Assembly: GCA_024137785.1 (NCBI GenBank)
Contig: JAHRHZ010000111.1
Location: forward strand, 13,456,888-13,520,887
Direction of reading: 5' to 3'
Origin: Ginglymostoma cirratum
Lineage: Eukaryota
Length of the DNA stretch: 64,000 nucleotides
The translations under genes and the position numbers were made by a program. Positions 24,262 to 38,839 of the stretch are shown here, piece after piece (position 1 is the first letter of the stretch; the number at the start of each line of letters is the position of its first letter). Under the pieces are notes generated by a model, which was not told the DNA's origin, ran no database searches, and saw nothing but the letters and a program-made list of their open reading frames with translations.

Positions 24262-26140
24262 CCTTAGAGTCATACAGCATGGAAACAGACCCTTCGGTTC
24301 AACTAGTCCACACCGACCATGTTCCCAAACTAAACCAGTCTCACTTGTCTGTGTTTGGCCCATGTCCCTCCAAACCTTTCCTATTCATGTACTTATTCAA
24401 ATGACTTTTAAACGTTGCAACTGCACCTGCATCCACCACTTCCTCGGGCAGCTCATTCCACCCACTAACTGCTCCCTGTGTAAAAAAGTTGCCCCTCGCG
24501 TCCTTTTTAATTCTTTCTCCTCTCATCTTAAAAACTTGCCCTCTAGTTTTGAACTCCCCCACTATAGGGTCCCTCATGATTTTATAAACTTATATAACGT
24601 CCTACGCTCCTAAAAACCTCCTATGCTCAAGTGAAAACTGTCCCAGCCTATCCAGCCTATTTTTATAACTCAAACTCTCCATTCCCAGCAACGTCCTGGT
24701 AAATCTTTGTTGAACCCTCTCCAGTTTAATAACATCCTTCCTATAACAAGGCACACAGTGCTCCAGAAGAGGCCTCACTAATATCCTGTACAACCGCAAC
24801 TTAACATTCCAACTCCTATACTTAAAGCTCTGAGCAATGAAAACAAGCGTGCTAAATGTCTTCTTAACCATCCTGTCAACATATGATGCAAATTTTTAAG
24901 AACTGGGTACCTGAACCCCTAGATCTTCCTGTTTTACAACTCTACCCAGGGCCATACCGTTAATTGTATAAGTCCTGCCCTTGTTTGTATTACCAAAATG
25001 CAATACTTCTCATTTATTCAAATTAAACTCCATCTGCCACTCCTCAGCCCATTGACACAATTGATCAAGATTTCTTTTTAATATTAGATAACCTTCTTCA
25101 GTGTCTTCAATACCACCAATTTCGATGATATTTGCAAACTTACTAACCATGCCTCCTATATTCTCATCCAAATCATTTACATAAATGACAAACAAAAGAG
25201 GACCGCATACCAATCCTTGTGGGACACCAGTGGTCACAGGCGTCCAGTCCGAGAAACAATCCTCCACCACCACCCTCTGTCTCCTACCGTCAAGCCAATT
25301 TTGTATCCAATTGGCAAACTCACCCTGAATCCCATGTGATCTAACTTTACTAATTTGTCTAATATGCAGAACCTTATCAAAGGCTTTACTAATGTCCAAG
25401 TAAAAAATATCTACCGCTCTGCCTTCATCTATCTTCTTAGTTATTTCCTCAAAAATACGCAATCAAATTTGTGAGACATGATTTTCCTTGCACAGAACCA
25501 TGCTGACAATCCCTAATCATTCCTTGCCTCTCCAAATGCGTGTAAATCCTATCTTTCAGGATCACCTCCAACGACTTACTCACCACCAATATTTACAGGT
25601 CCCAGGCTTCCCCTTACAGCTTTTCCTAAATAAAGGCTCAATATTAGCCACCCTCCAGGCCTCCAACACCTCACCCATGGTTATAGATGAAAACAATACT
25701 TCTGCTAGGGACCCCATAACTTTTTCCCTAAATTCCAACAACGTCCTGGGGTACACTTGATCAGGTCCAAGAGATTTATCCAACTTTATGTTTTCTAAGC
25801 ACTTCCTCTGTAAACTATTTCAAAACATCTGTATTTATTTCCTTGAGTTCTCTAACCTCCACTTCTTTCTTCACAGTAAACACTGGCACAAGATAATCAT
25901 TTAATATCTCTCCCATCTCCTGAGGGTCAATACAAAGACGATCTCATTGATCTTTAAGGAGCCCTACTTTCTCTCTAGTTGCTCTTTTGCTCTTAATGTA
26001 TTTGTAGAAATCTTTGGATTATCCTTAACCTTATCTGCCAAGGCTTTCATATATCCCTTCCTGATTTCCCTCTTAAGAATGCGCTCACATTCTTTATACT
26101 CTTCAAGAGATTCAGTTGATCCCAGTTATTTACATTTAAT
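24262..26140 (-). mobile_element. CR1 (HER1-like) LINE, same family as 1858-4130
   Basis: YLDISKAFDKV, TGVPQGLV, WAEEWQMEFN, KLERVQQRFTR. Confidence 0.92.
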
Positions 26141-27209
26141 ACCTTTATTGTGTTCATTGTATTTTTATAATGTTTAGAAGTAACGTACTATTTAAGATAG
26201 AACGTAGTTATTAAATGATATTTATGTAGCAAAATTCTTTTGGTTAAAAATAATTAACTATGTGATTTTGTTCAGAGCTCTTCTTTCTAAAAGGTAAGAG
26301 CTAAAAGAAAGTGGTCTCTACTGAGCTCACGACATTAAAATTCATGAAAAATATTTTTCAATTTAAACTAGGGAAAAAAGAAGGTTAACATGAGCAATGT
26401 GGTCTCTTTGACGACTGATAATGGTGCTATTTGCATTGGAAGTGAGGAAATGGCAGACGTGCTGTATAATTACTTTGTGCCAGTATTTTCAGTAAAGGAA
26501 GAGGCCAACATGCCTGACAAAATTAGCATAAACAAAATGCTTTAAGGAGTAAAATAATGGCACTAAAGGACCAGATGGTCTCTATTAGAGAGTTCCTAAG
26601 AAAATAGGGAAAAACATTGCAGATGCTTGAACCACAATCTTTCAAAGTTCTCCTGATTTGGGAATGGCTCCTTTAGATTCAAAAGTGTTAATGTTATTCC
26701 ACTATTTAAGATGGATTACAGAGGGAAACTGGGAATTACAATATGCCTAATACCTGTTGTCTGGAAATTCCCACAGTTTATGATTAAGAAAGGAAGGACT
26801 GAACACTAAGATTTTTCAGCTGATCAGGAAAAGTTGGCATGGATTTGTAAAAGGTTGTAAAATTTGTAAATGCTGATGGGTCTGATTGAATTTTTCAAAG
26901 AAAACCCTAAAGTAATGGATGGGAAGAGCATTTATGAATTTAATTTATATGAATTTTAAGAAGATATTTAATCAATTCCATAATAAGAGACTGGTCCAAA
27001 GTTGAAGATTATGGAATTGAAGGCAAATTATTGATCTAGTTAAGAAATTGGCTGAGAGACAGAAGGTAGTAGAGGGGGGAAGTAGAGAAATGGGCATATG
27101 CACTACTTCTAGAATCTAACTAGTGATGTCTTCCAAGGATATATGTTGGGCCCTTCAACTATTCATAATATCTGTTAACTACATGATGATGGGATGGAAA
27201 GCCACAGTT

Positions 27210-27498
27210 AGAATTTAGAATCCCTACAGTGTGGAAACAGGCCCTTTGGTCCAACAAGTCCACACTGACCCTTGGAGCATCCCACCCAGGCCCATCCCCC
27301 CTATGACCCACACACCATGGGCAATTTAGCATGGCCAATCCACCTAGCCTGCACATCTTTGGACTGTGGGAGGAAACCCACACAGACACAGGGAGGATGT
27401 GCAAACTCCACACAGACAGTCACCTGAGGCTGGAATCGAACCTGGGTCCCTGGCACTGTGAGGCTGTAGTGCTAACTACTGAGCCACCGTGCCACCCC
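27210..27498 (-). mobile_element. HE1-type V-SINE inserted in CR1 RT
   Basis: ggtggcacggtggctcagt A-box, ggttcgattcca B-box, V-domain, CR1-like tail. Confidence 0.85.
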
Positions 27499-30400
27499 AC
27501 ATATCCAAGGCTGTTAAAACACAAAGATAGAGTGCACTGTAAGTAATGAAGATGACAATATAAAATTACAAAGTGATGTGGATCGATTAAGTATCATGGG
27601 CAAACCGTGACTGATGGCTATAGGTAAATGTGAGATCATCCTCTTTACATCTAAAAATGTCAGAACAGGCACATTCTGGATGGTGAAATGTGACAAACAG
27701 AAATGGTCCAAAGCGACCATGGAGAGGGGGGACACCTCCTTTGGGTGTCCTCTCAGATCACTGTTGTCATGCAGGGAAATGTAACATCCATGTTGTGCTC
27801 AGCATGATTTCACCAATAGCAATGAAATCAATGAGCAGATAATCAATTTTTAATTATGATGGTTGAGAGATAAATGTTCGTAGGAAGAACTCCTCTGCTG
27901 ATCTTCCAATAGTATCATGGGATCTTTTGCATTTCAGTGAACAGAGATATGAGGGCCCTGGTTCAATGTCTCACCTGAAAAAATGGCACAGAATTAGCTA
28001 ATAAAATGCTGTACTGTAATCATTATTGTGCTTCTTTGGTATTTAGAATATAAAAGTAAACAAATGTGGAAATTAATCCAGAAGAAACTGAGTTGCATTA
28101 AAACATTTGTACTTAAACCAAAAAGTTCCAGACTTGGACCCAGTTCTCAAAACTCTGTCCCACATGGACTGTGATTTTATACACTGAATGACTGTTGGGC
28201 TCAATCCATTTATTTCCCCAATGATCTTTATTATTCAACTAGCTGCAAACCATTTCATCTTTTGGAGATCGCATTAGAACTGATGCCAAATTTCCTGCTT
28301 TGTTGTAAATATCACAAAGATAGAGAGTCTGCAGGAAGGTCACTGTCCCAAGCATTGCCAGCATTACATTACTAAGAGGTTATCACTGTAAACTGACTGC
28401 CATATCATAATCGTAAATGTGTTTTCACCCTTTGTACAAGGCAGTTATGAAGGACATTTCCAATAAGGCTGTTGGTGGAAAGCCAGACCAACAGAGCAAG
28501 AGTTCATTTTCAGCAGTGCATAGTCTTTCAAATTGTTATTAGTTGATGTTTAGTGGGAGTTTGTTTAAATGATTGCTATGGTGGGATTAATAATCTTATC
28601 CTTCAGGCCCATTCTACATGCCCAGTGTACCAGCCATTTTCACATGGCATTAGATTTATTTTTGAAAACATATTTGGTTACAGCCTCCATCCCTATATCT
28701 CAATTTCTGCCCTTACTGAATATAACTCTATCGAGCTTTGTCTTAAAAGTCCCAGTTGACTCAGCTCACACTGTTGATGTTATCGACCAGACCTCCACAA
28801 TAGAAAACAGAAAATGATGAAATTAACTTGCATTTGCTCCACATCTCTCGTTGCCCTAGGCTAACAAAAGCTTATCCAGCTTTAGCCTTGAAAACTCCAA
28901 CCCATTCCCAGCATCAACAGACTTTTTTTATGGGGGAGATGGTGAAAAAGTTTAAGATTTCTATTATTTTCTGTGTGATAAAATGCTTCAGAATTTCACT
29001 CTGGAAAGGCCTTACTCAAATTATAATATTGTGTCTTCTAGATTCCCAACCAGAGAAAATACTGTACTCCATACATCATTTAAAATAAATGAATAGATTT
29101 CATCTCATCTTTCTAAACTCCACAGAATACAAACCAGGGAATGCTGCCTATATTCAAAATTATCATCAGTAACATCCACAGACTCATTCTATTGTTAATT
29201 GTGACACCTGCTGAAACAAAATAACCAGTAGGTCAACAACATTGTATTTAGTGCAGCATTGCAAAGAAACTTAAAACATACTATTGGGTTGAAATAACAA
29301 TTCAATGAATGAGGGTTGAAAGAGGAGAGAATATTTCTAAATCTGAAGCTCTGGTACTCTATCTGAATGTCTGGTCTTTATTCTTGACCCCGTCTCCATC
29401 TTTCAAATTGCTGTATCCAATAGAAGCCTTGTCAAAGAGAGCTGACGGGATGTAAAAGTGCAACAGCAGGGTGTAGCCTCGTGGTAAAAGCAAATGGTAC
29501 TTTTTCAACGTGAGCTTTCTACAAATGCCTGCACCTCTTTTATTGTTCATATCTCGTCTCTTTATCCAATTTCGATTCTTTAGCCTTCACCGTTCTGGTC
29601 TATTTTTCACACCTCTGCCGTCTTTCTTACCTACCTCTCCCTCTCTCTGCCCACTGCTGTTATCTACATTTGGCAGTTCCCCGGGACGGGACACTGACCC
29701 TCAGGTGAAAGCTGTCCACGACAGAGCAATTTGCACAATGGGGGACATGAGAGGGAGCTGGACCGTGGGACCGGGATGTCTGCACAACCAGATACAGACA
29801 ACTCGGTAAATACACACACACACACACACACAAACTGAACTCAGAACCAGATTGCACACCCTCTGATCCAAGCCCCCGCCTCTCCATTTCTGTTTGTACC
29901 TTCTTTGTTATCTCTTTAAACGTTATTCTGCGATTTAATTGGGAACTCGGTGGGCTCCCGGTTGCAGTGGCTCATGCCCACACCCCCTCCTTGCCCTCAT
30001 TGAGGGAGCTCTCCCCAGCCCTCCCGGACTATAGGGAAGTGAAGGGTTAGACAGGGGCGAACCGAGCTGGGAAATGCGGCTCTATCACCTCCCTCTCAGC
30101 AACTCTACAAGGATTGAAGGAGACAGAGAGGGACAGGGACCTGGGGAAAAGCGGGGGCTCGGGCGGAGGGTAAGTGTTAAACGGACAAGTTAAAGGTCGC
30201 GGGAGGGGGTAGGAGTGGATAAATGAGAGGGATTAAACGAAATAGAAGTTCTGCGGGATAGGAAACCTGGCGACTTCTCCACTAAGAGAAAGAAGGAAGA
30301 GAAAAAGTTTCCATTAGGAAGAATATCGGTTAAAATAAACCAATAGAGACGAGAGTTGGTTCAAAGGATGGAGGCAGTGAGAGTGGGAGCAGAAACAGCG

Positions 30401-30513
30401 AGGAACTGGTAGATGCAGGGAGCCCAGACTCTCACTCAGAAACAGCAACAAAGTTTAAACCGAACACCTGATCTTTATCGGGAATGAGAGGGAGACTTGA
30501 GTAAATCTCCTAC

Positions 30514-30710
30514 CTGAGAATGTCCGCCAGTGACTGGGTAACTGCTGTTGTGAGCTCTTCCTTCTCTCTCTCTCTCTCTCACACACACAGAGCAAGATTC
30601 GTCTCCTCAATCCTAAAGCAGGGTTTCACACTGTCCTTGTGTTTAACTCCCCTCTTCTGATATACCCTGACTGGACAGACAAACCAGACAGTCAGCAAGC
30701 GAGAGCACAC
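30514..30710 (-). other. PNOC-like: Probable non-coding exon 1 (5' UTR) of the PNOC-like gene
   Basis: Donor CAG|gtagga at 30514/30513, no ATG in the exon, directly downstream of TATA-like and CCAAT motifs. Opioid precursor genes typically have an untranslated first exon. Confidence 0.55.
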
Positions 30711-30730
30711 CCCTTCCAGGAAGAGATGCA

Positions 30731-30801
30731 TTTGTATAAGCAGCTTCCTGGAACCCCTCACATTGGCTCAGATGACTGACACATCCTCACTCCCTGAGTC
30801 A
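30731..30801 (-). promoter_or_regulatory. Putative core promoter of the PNOC-like gene
   Basis: Minus-strand TATACAAA (30738-30731), CCAAT (30766-30762) and AP-1 site TGAGTCA (30795-30801), correctly ordered upstream of the candidate exon 1. Confidence 0.5.
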
Positions 30802-30817
30802 CACAGGCACTGTCTCC

Positions 30818-31410
30818 CGACACTTACCTGTCACTAATCCCCGACATGACCCTGACTGTCAGTCAGTAAAACTCGCCCCAGTCACTAACCCCGACAGCTA
30901 TTCCGCCAGAGTCACTGACCCCTCTCCTAGCCCACAGTCTCTGATTATCACTAATAATTCCCAAAGTCACTTTGTCACTATCCATCCACACAAAGTCATT
31001 TAGTTAACTACCAACGATTACTGACTGACCCCAACACTCACTCAGTTACTGACTCAGCCAATGACTTAGTCACTAAGTCAGGGAAACTGACAGTCACTCA
31101 GTTTGTAACTTCCAACAGTTACAAGCATGTCATCAGTTTACTAACAGGTTACTCAGATTGCTAACACCTCACTCTAACATAAACATACAATAGTTACCCA
31201 TTCACTAAATCCTAACAATAACACATTGCTCACTCCCTGATCTCTTGACAGTCACTCTGTCACTAACCTGTCACTCCATTACACACCCCAGTCACATGGG
31301 TCACTAACCTGTTGCTTTGTCAATAAATCCAAATGGTCACCCGGGTCACTAATCTGTCACTCTGTCAATAACCCAAGACAGTCACTCAGTCACTCAGCTG
31401 TCACTCTAAC
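30818..31410. repeat. Degenerate GTCACT-based tandem repeat
   Basis: About 15 GTCACT copies plus variants, all in the same orientation. Confidence 0.7.
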
Positions 31411-34363
31411 ACACCTCCAAGTGATTATCTGGGATCTTTGAAATATAGGAAAAGGAATAGATCATTTCACCCTTAAGCATGTTCTCATAGTCAGTGAGAT
31501 CGTGGCTGAATTAGGACTAAACTCGTTACATCTGCCTTAGCACAACACAGCTCAATCTCTTTGGCTAACAAAACCTCAAACTCAGATTTAAAAATACAAC
31601 AAATCTAGTATCAATTGCCATTTTGTGAAAGAGAGTTCCAAATTTCAACCATGATTTGTGTGTAAAAGTGTTTTCTAATTTCACTCCTGAAATATCTTTA
31701 ATGTTTGACTCTGCCCCTTAGACCTAAACATCCCAACCAGCAGAAAGAGATGGAAACTATCAACCCTACCCGTTCTCATTAATCTCTTGAAATCTTCAAT
31801 TTAATTACCGTTTTAACCTTATAAATTACAGGGAATACAAACTCAAGATTGAGTAATCTTTTCTCTTAATTTAACCCTTGAAGTTCAGCAGTCAGACTGT
31901 TACATATACACATCCAAGGTCTGAAGGAATCTTACTCAGAACCGTTCATAGTTTTTCAGGTGTATTCAAACTAAGGTTTGTGTAGCTGAAATGTGATTTC
32001 AAACTTATGTTGTTATGCCAGCATTCCATTAAATTTGGTCACTTTCTGTACATGCTTATAACGCTTCTGAGGGTGCAGATCTCAAGCTCTCTGTAGTTTG
32101 TGCAGGCATCACAGGAACAATATCTCAATATCTGGTCTGAAAATGCACCCAGTGTAATATAACTCCAGATCCCCACAGATCTTAATTTCTCTCTAGTCTG
32201 AGTGTGCATTGAGAATAGTGCAACTCATGGAGAGAGTTCTAATCTTATTCCATTCTGGATGAATTTCAGTAACTTCCGTGCATTGTAATGCAGCTCCTTA
32301 TCCATTTTAAAATTTTGAGCAGAATTTTTAAAATGTCACAGAATGGTGAAAAACGCAACCATGTATTTTTTCCAAGCATGAAAACTTAGTAATTCAGAGC
32401 TTGGTGCCTGTACTGACCTAGTTGGTTGAAGTTCCTTCGTGGTTGGCCTGAATCTGATTAAGTGAGTGGACAAGACTGTGGCAGATAGAGTTCAATGGTG
32501 GGGTGGGGGAGAAGTGAGAGGTTATCCACTTTGGATTAGTGAAAGACAAATTAGAATATTTTCTTGATATTCAAAGACTGAAAACTGTGAACAGCAAGTA
32601 CAGAAAGTAATTGAGAAGCCTAATTGAATGATGTATTTATCTTATGGAGGTCAGAATACAAGGGAGGGAAGTTCTCCTTCTGTCCTGCAGAACCTTTGTC
32701 AGAACCCCATCTGAAGAACTGTATTCAGCTCAGGACACCAAATCTCAGGAAGGATATATGATCTTGGATTGGATAATTTTTTAAGCTCAGTTTACAGAAA
32801 ATTAGACAATATTCTCGTCTATTTAGTAGGTTGATGGGTGAGTCAAGGCACAGTTCCCACCATTTGAGGTTACCAGAACAGAGGCTTAGAGAACTGTGGT
32901 GAGTTACTTCATTAGAAGAGTGCAGCTCGACGCTATCCAGGACAAAGCAGCCTGCTTGATTGGCTCCCCATTCTTAAGCCTTCCCTAATTCTACCCCCTG
33001 TATATAGTAGCAATGTTGTACCAGATGCATCCTTGTTAAGTCTCCTTCAAGAGCTCCTTGTAAACATGCATCCTCTACCACTAGGGGAGCAAAGGAAGTA
33101 AATGCATCACAACCTGCAAGTTCCTGTCCAAATTCACAGACTTGCTGTTTTTTACTGTTACCATGTCCAAATCTTTGAACTCCTTCCCTAACATTACTAT
33201 GGGTGTATCTACATTATATTGATCTCAGCAGGTGAAGGCAGTTCACCACTCCTTCTCGAGGGCAAATAGACAAGGGCAATAAGTGCTGGCCTCGTCAGTA
33301 ACACTGAACATCCAAACAAAGGAGTTTATAAAACTCCCTTCATTTCCATAATCCAAAATGACAATTTGTTCCCATTTTATTATAGTCAGTTACAGTGAAC
33401 TAGATAGTCTGTGAGTTTTAGACAGAAATGTTTGTTCAGTGGTTGAGTTCAGGAGTTCACAAAAAATGTTATAAATCATTGATATCTTGACCATAATTAA
33501 TAAAAAAAAAGACATTTTTCAATGTGCTTGTCCAGGTTTTGTTTGTAAATATTCAGCTTATTGTCCCTCAGATCTCCTTCTCTTCCCTGGGTCATATTCC
33601 CCACTGACAGTATCAATTTAAAACCCACTAGCCACCATCCTCTCTACCTCTCACCCACTCCAGTCCTTATCCTGGGGAAGATAGTGGTGACATGGCTGGT
33701 CTAATAATTCAATAGCTCATGCTAGAGCTTTGGCGACATCGGTTCAAATCCTGCCATGCAGCTGGCAGAATTCCAATTAAATTAATCAACTCTGGAATTG
33801 AAAGATGGTCCCAGTGACCTTGAAACTACGATTAATTGTGCAAACTAAGTCTCCTCTTTATGTGACTCCAGATCCAAGGCAATGTCATCATCATAGCAAA
33901 TGGTCCAGCAAGCTTCTCAGTTCAAGGCAAATTGGTTAACACATACTGGTCTTGCCAGTAACAACCAATAAATAAATAGAATAAATGTAAACAAAAAGAT
34001 ACAATCTTAGAGTTGGGCCATTCAAGGTAAAATCAGGAAGGGTACTGGAAATCTGGAGTTCTCTGCTCCAAAGGAATATTGACGCTGGGTGTCAGTTGGT
34101 GATTTCAATATTGAAATGGATAGGTTTTTGTCAGTTGGGTGTATTGAAGGAGATGAAACAAAGGTGTATAGATATCATCACTACCTGTTTTCTATCACAA
34201 AACTTGGTCAGATAGCACCATCATCAACGTGAGCTGCATACAGGTTATTGGGAAGTTTACACACAGGATCCTGTGTTCATTCTTACAGCCCAACTCCAAG
34301 CAATTACATTTATTCGAAAGCAGAGCTGAGTGTCATTGAAATGCAAGTCATTAAACAGACATT

Positions 34364-34484
34364 AAGGACTCTTATGGTGCGTTGGCAGTGTACCTGCCTC
34401 TGGGGGCTAGAAAGGCACAGTTTCAAGTCCCACCTGTTTCAAGAGGTGAGTCATATCATCTCTGAGCAGGTTGATTAAAAATAC
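34364..34484 (+). mobile_element. Short tRNA-derived SINE with 12-bp target-site duplication
   Basis: TAAACAGACATT at 34352-34363 and 34485-34496. Confidence 0.7.
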
Positions 34485-35084
34485 TAAACAGACATTTTCC
34501 TGGGAGTATTCGTACCAATATTCGCTCTTGCACTTTGTTGATGAGGACTTCATCTTATTAATAGGGATGAATATCTTGGTCAGAGTAAAAGCAAAGAAGT
34601 GAAAGGGTTAATGTTAGTCAAAACCAAAATCAAATCATGCATTGAAACAGGGAATGAGTAGGTGTATGATTTAATCAATTCCTTTCAGAATAAGTAGTCT
34701 GGCAGATAGTAACAGCAGAAAAGGATGAATGAAAGGTTATTTCCATCCTGCCACAGCAGGTTGCATTAAGATGGATGTAATTTCTGATTGTAACAGGGAA
34801 AGATGACTTAAAGGTTCATTTCTGATTTTAAAAATATTGATTGTGTGAACCAGTCAAATCTAAAACTTCCTTGCTCATTCTCATGGGCTATACATCTGCC
34901 TAATGGATTGTACCATATTAATTAAACCGAGAAGATTTAAGCCATTGCTTTCAGTCTTGAGTGACCATGAACTATTGTCACCATTTCCTGGTCACTCAGA
35001 CTGTTTCTGTCTGCACCAGCCCTACTCGACTCTAAACTGGATTTTCCACCCAAATGCTTCTCCATTACCAAAGCAGCCTACTGC

Positions 35085-36170
35085 AATATCAACTATCAGT
35101 TGTGTCTCAGATAAAAACAGTTTCGCCTCCAAGTCAAAGGTTGCGGGTTCAAGTCCCATTCCAGGGCTTAAGCACAAGGGTCTTAGCTGATGCTCAGCTG
35201 AAAAGTAACGTAGAAAAATTGTAGATAGGAGCAGGAGTACGCTATTCCACCCCTCGAGCCTGGTCCACCATTCAATATGATCATGGCTGATCATCAAGCT
35301 CAATATTCTAATTCTACTCTCCCCCAATATCCCGTTAGCCACAAGAGCTATATTTACTTCCTTCTTGAAAACATGATATTTTGGCCTTACCCCTTTCTGT
35401 GCTAAATGAATTCCATTTGCTTACTACCAGGTGAAGAAATTTCTCCTTGTCTCTGTCCTAATAGGTTTACCTCTTATCCTTAAACTATAACCCTTGTTTG
35501 TGGATTCCCCCATCGGGAACATCCTTCCTGCAGCTAAACTGTCTAGTCCTGTTAGAGTTTTATAGGTTTCTTTGAGATCCCCCCACATTCTTCTAAACTC
35601 CAGTGAATACAATACAATCTCTCCTCATGTCAGTGCTGCCATCCCAGAAATCAATTCGCTAAACCTTCGTTGCACTCCTACTATATCAAGAACATCCTTC
35701 CTTATAGCAGGAGGCCAAAACTGCACACAGTACTCCAGGTGTAGTCTCACCAATGCCCTGTATTATTGCAGCAAGACATTGTTGTTCCTGTACCAGAATC
35801 CTCTCACTATGAAGTATGAACATACCACTAACTCAGGCAGAGGAAATGCAGCACTGTCAGATCTTCCTTTGTTCGGATGAGTGGCTAAATCCAGACCCTA
35901 CCTCCCCTCTCAGGTGGACATAAAATGATTCAATGTCGTTACTTTGAATATTAACAGGGGAAATTATCCCAGGAGCCCTGGCCAATATTTGTCCCTTGAT
36001 CATCACAAAAAAATTATCTCATCATTATGTCGCTGTCTGAGAGCTTCCGTTGTGCAAATTTGTTTCCATTTCCTACAACATAATTGTGAATACATTGCAA
36101 GAAAGTACTTCATCAGCTGTGCTTTGGCACATCCTAATTTTGTGAAAGGCACTAACTACATACAAGATTT
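35085..36170 (+). mobile_element. Deu-type SINE interrupted by a minus-strand CR1 3' fragment (~35205-35820)
   Basis: B-box ggttcaagtccc; Deu-like core ttcggatgag...ctctcaggtggacataaa...cctggccaatatt. Confidence 0.7.
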
Positions 36171-36574
36171 TCTTGTCTCAATCCTCATTCATCCAACTTG
36201 TTTAAAATGGCTTCCAATTAACCCAGATTTTGAATCTGAAATCCACAACCTCATCTTTAAACCTCATCCATATGTTCCTTTCTCTTGCTGTAATCGCCCA
36301 TAACGCTACAAACACCTTTGAGCTCTCTGTTCCTTTGATTCTGGACTCTTCTGCATTGTTCAATCTCTTCACATCATAATTGACAGCCACGCTTTCACCC
36401 ATCTAGCTCCTGAACTCTGGAATACCTTCCATTAGCAACTCTGCTTCCACTATCCCCTCTTTGCCTTAAAACACTCCCATTAAAACCGACCCCTCTGAAT
36501 AACCATTTTGTCACTTTTCTTATTAATTCCTCTTTTGGTCCAATCAGCAATCTATGCAAAATACCTCAGGTTGT

Positions 36575-37570
36575 TTTCCAGCACTGAAAGCTCAATGTGA
36601 TTATATTTTACTGTTGTTTCAGTAATATTTAATCTTCAGTATTTGTTGAATGTTGTGAAACTGGAATGGATTATTGAGCAATGGAAATCAAATGCAGTGA
36701 TAATTCTCACAGAACTTCAAAAACCTATCTGCCAGGATGCATTACCACATTTGTAGTTATTATTCCACGCCATTAGGTTTGACCATTTCATTGACCACTT
36801 TGATAAACCGTGTTTTAAAAACGTCAAAAGAAATGAACATGTCAGCAGGTGCAGTTTTTGCACATTATTCTTTATGCCTTTGAAACATGGTAAAATAGTC
36901 AGAATTGTGGCTCATCTGTCGCAAAAGTGGGTGCAAAGAAAGATATTGCATCAAATGAACTGTGAGTGAAATTATAAGACCACGTAAATTTCTCCCATCA
37001 ATTTCCAAAAATATGAACACACCGGATAATGTGGTGAATATCCGCTAAACAAAACCCAATCTTTAAACTCTCAGACAATTTCTTCTCGGCTCATGACCAA
37101 TGCTGGCAAATTAGGCAGTCATTCATACTTATACAATGTCCTCATCAGTTCAGAATGCCCTAAATGAAATACTTGTGAAGTGCAGTCACAGATGTGAGAC
37201 TGGGGAAAAGGAAGCCCCATCTACAGCTGACCCCATTACATTGAGCTAAAATTGGTAACCAGCTGTCTTGGATGTTGTCAACACAGTTACCTGGCCACAA
37301 ATGTTTCCCATGGAGCTGGACATACAATATTCCTCAGAGTGGTCTGTGTGTCCTTAGGATAATGTGCTTTCCAGGTCCTCACAAAATGCACTGCAGTGAT
37401 AGTGGCTTTAGTTTTCAGGATTCTTCGTTACTTCCCAAGTTACTTTTGGATTATGACAGATTGTACCCAGGCGCTGCACCCACATCAGCAGGAAATTAAA
37501 AATATCCTGATGCATGATGTGGAGTCACTTTTTTTAGCATTCTTAAGATTTTCTTAGGGGTTACCTTTTA
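36575..37570 (+). repeat. Arm A of a long inverted duplication
   Basis: Reverse complement of 42675-43830; core 36628-37011 differs at ~10 of ~380 positions by hand count. Confidence 0.92.
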
Positions 37571-37829
37571 ATTCTCACTAATTCCTTTATCGGGTGGTGC
37601 AGTCACATAGCAGCATTATCATCTGCAGTGGACATCTGGGATTTTTGGTCTCAAACAGCAGCAAAAGTTGAAGAATTCAAGAACATCCTCAAAAATCAAC
37701 ATTAAATGTAAAACCACAAAATAAAGGAAAGCATTAATATCAAGATAGGACAGTATTTAGATTGGCACATGATAGCAGTCCTAAGTTAGCAACAATTTAA
37801 TTTTTAAAAATGCTGACAAGAACAATACG

Positions 37830-38285
37830 TAAAAAAACCATCACTAGATTCACGACAAAAAGCATCCTACCTGGATGCATCACAATCTGGTTTGGCAAAT
37901 GTTTATCTCAAGACCACAAGAAACTACAGAAAATTGCAAACACAGCCCAGTCTATTACACAAACCAGGTTCCCATCCGTTGACTTCATCTACACTTCCCA
38001 CTGCCTCTGGAAAGTAACAACATAATCAAAGACACCTCTCACCAAGTTATACTTTCTTCCACCCTCTTCCATTGGGCAGAAGACATAAAGGTTTGATTAC
38101 ACATATGAATAGAGTCAAGAACAATTTCTTCCCAGCTGTTATCAGACTTTTGAACGGACCACTCAAATGCTAATTCTGACCTCTCTCTCTGCATCTTCTC
38201 TGTGGCTGTAACATTGCACACTGCACTCTGTTCTGCCACCTTGACGCACTTTTAACTGTATCTGGGTGCATGTGAAAGCAATAAA
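37830..38285 (+). mobile_element. Rex1/Babar-like LINE 3' fragment
   Basis: SILPGCITIWFGKC..QDHKKLQKIANTAQSIT matches the recalled Rex1 RT C-terminus. Confidence 0.75.
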
Positions 38286-38839
38286 TCAACCAATCTTATG
38301 ACTGGGGAGATCGTAGATTATCTAACAGAGTCACTGCACTTGGAACAATTTATAGTGTGGCATGCGACAACACACACACGTGAATCTTCATGAAATTAAC
38401 CTGTTCAGGAATGCATTATCCTATTTACGGTGTTATTCATAACAGTAATATTCATACAAAATGCTATTCTTTGTTTTCTACTCAGGGGAGTCTCCTCTCA
38501 TCTTGCCACCTCTCCCCACACCGTCCCCCAACCACCTCTGTCTCTCTCTGTCTCTCTCCCCTTGCTCACCAGTGTTGCTTCTCACTTGCTCTCCAGCCTT
38601 GCTACCTCAAACAGTGGCAGAGTTACTCACCCTTTCTCTGCATTTTCCATTCAGAGGCTACTTCCCTCCTGCGTGTGCTGCTGATAGGCTCATGCAGATG
38701 CTGGAGTCAGAAGTGATACAGTGTGAAGCTGGAGGAACACAGCAACTCAGGCAGCATCAGAGGAGCAGGAGAGTCGATGTTTTGGTTCAGGACCTGATGG
38801 GACATGGGTGATTTCGACTCTCTGCTCCCGGATATTTTG

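Noticed and set aside
27430-27498. tRNA genes (also at 18270, 20880, 35100, 54040)
   Set aside because: A/B boxes are heads of tRNA-derived SINEs; no full cloverleaf.
29700-29730. RE1/NRSE site in intron 1
   Set aside because: Only the GGACAGC half matches; no TCAGCACC half.
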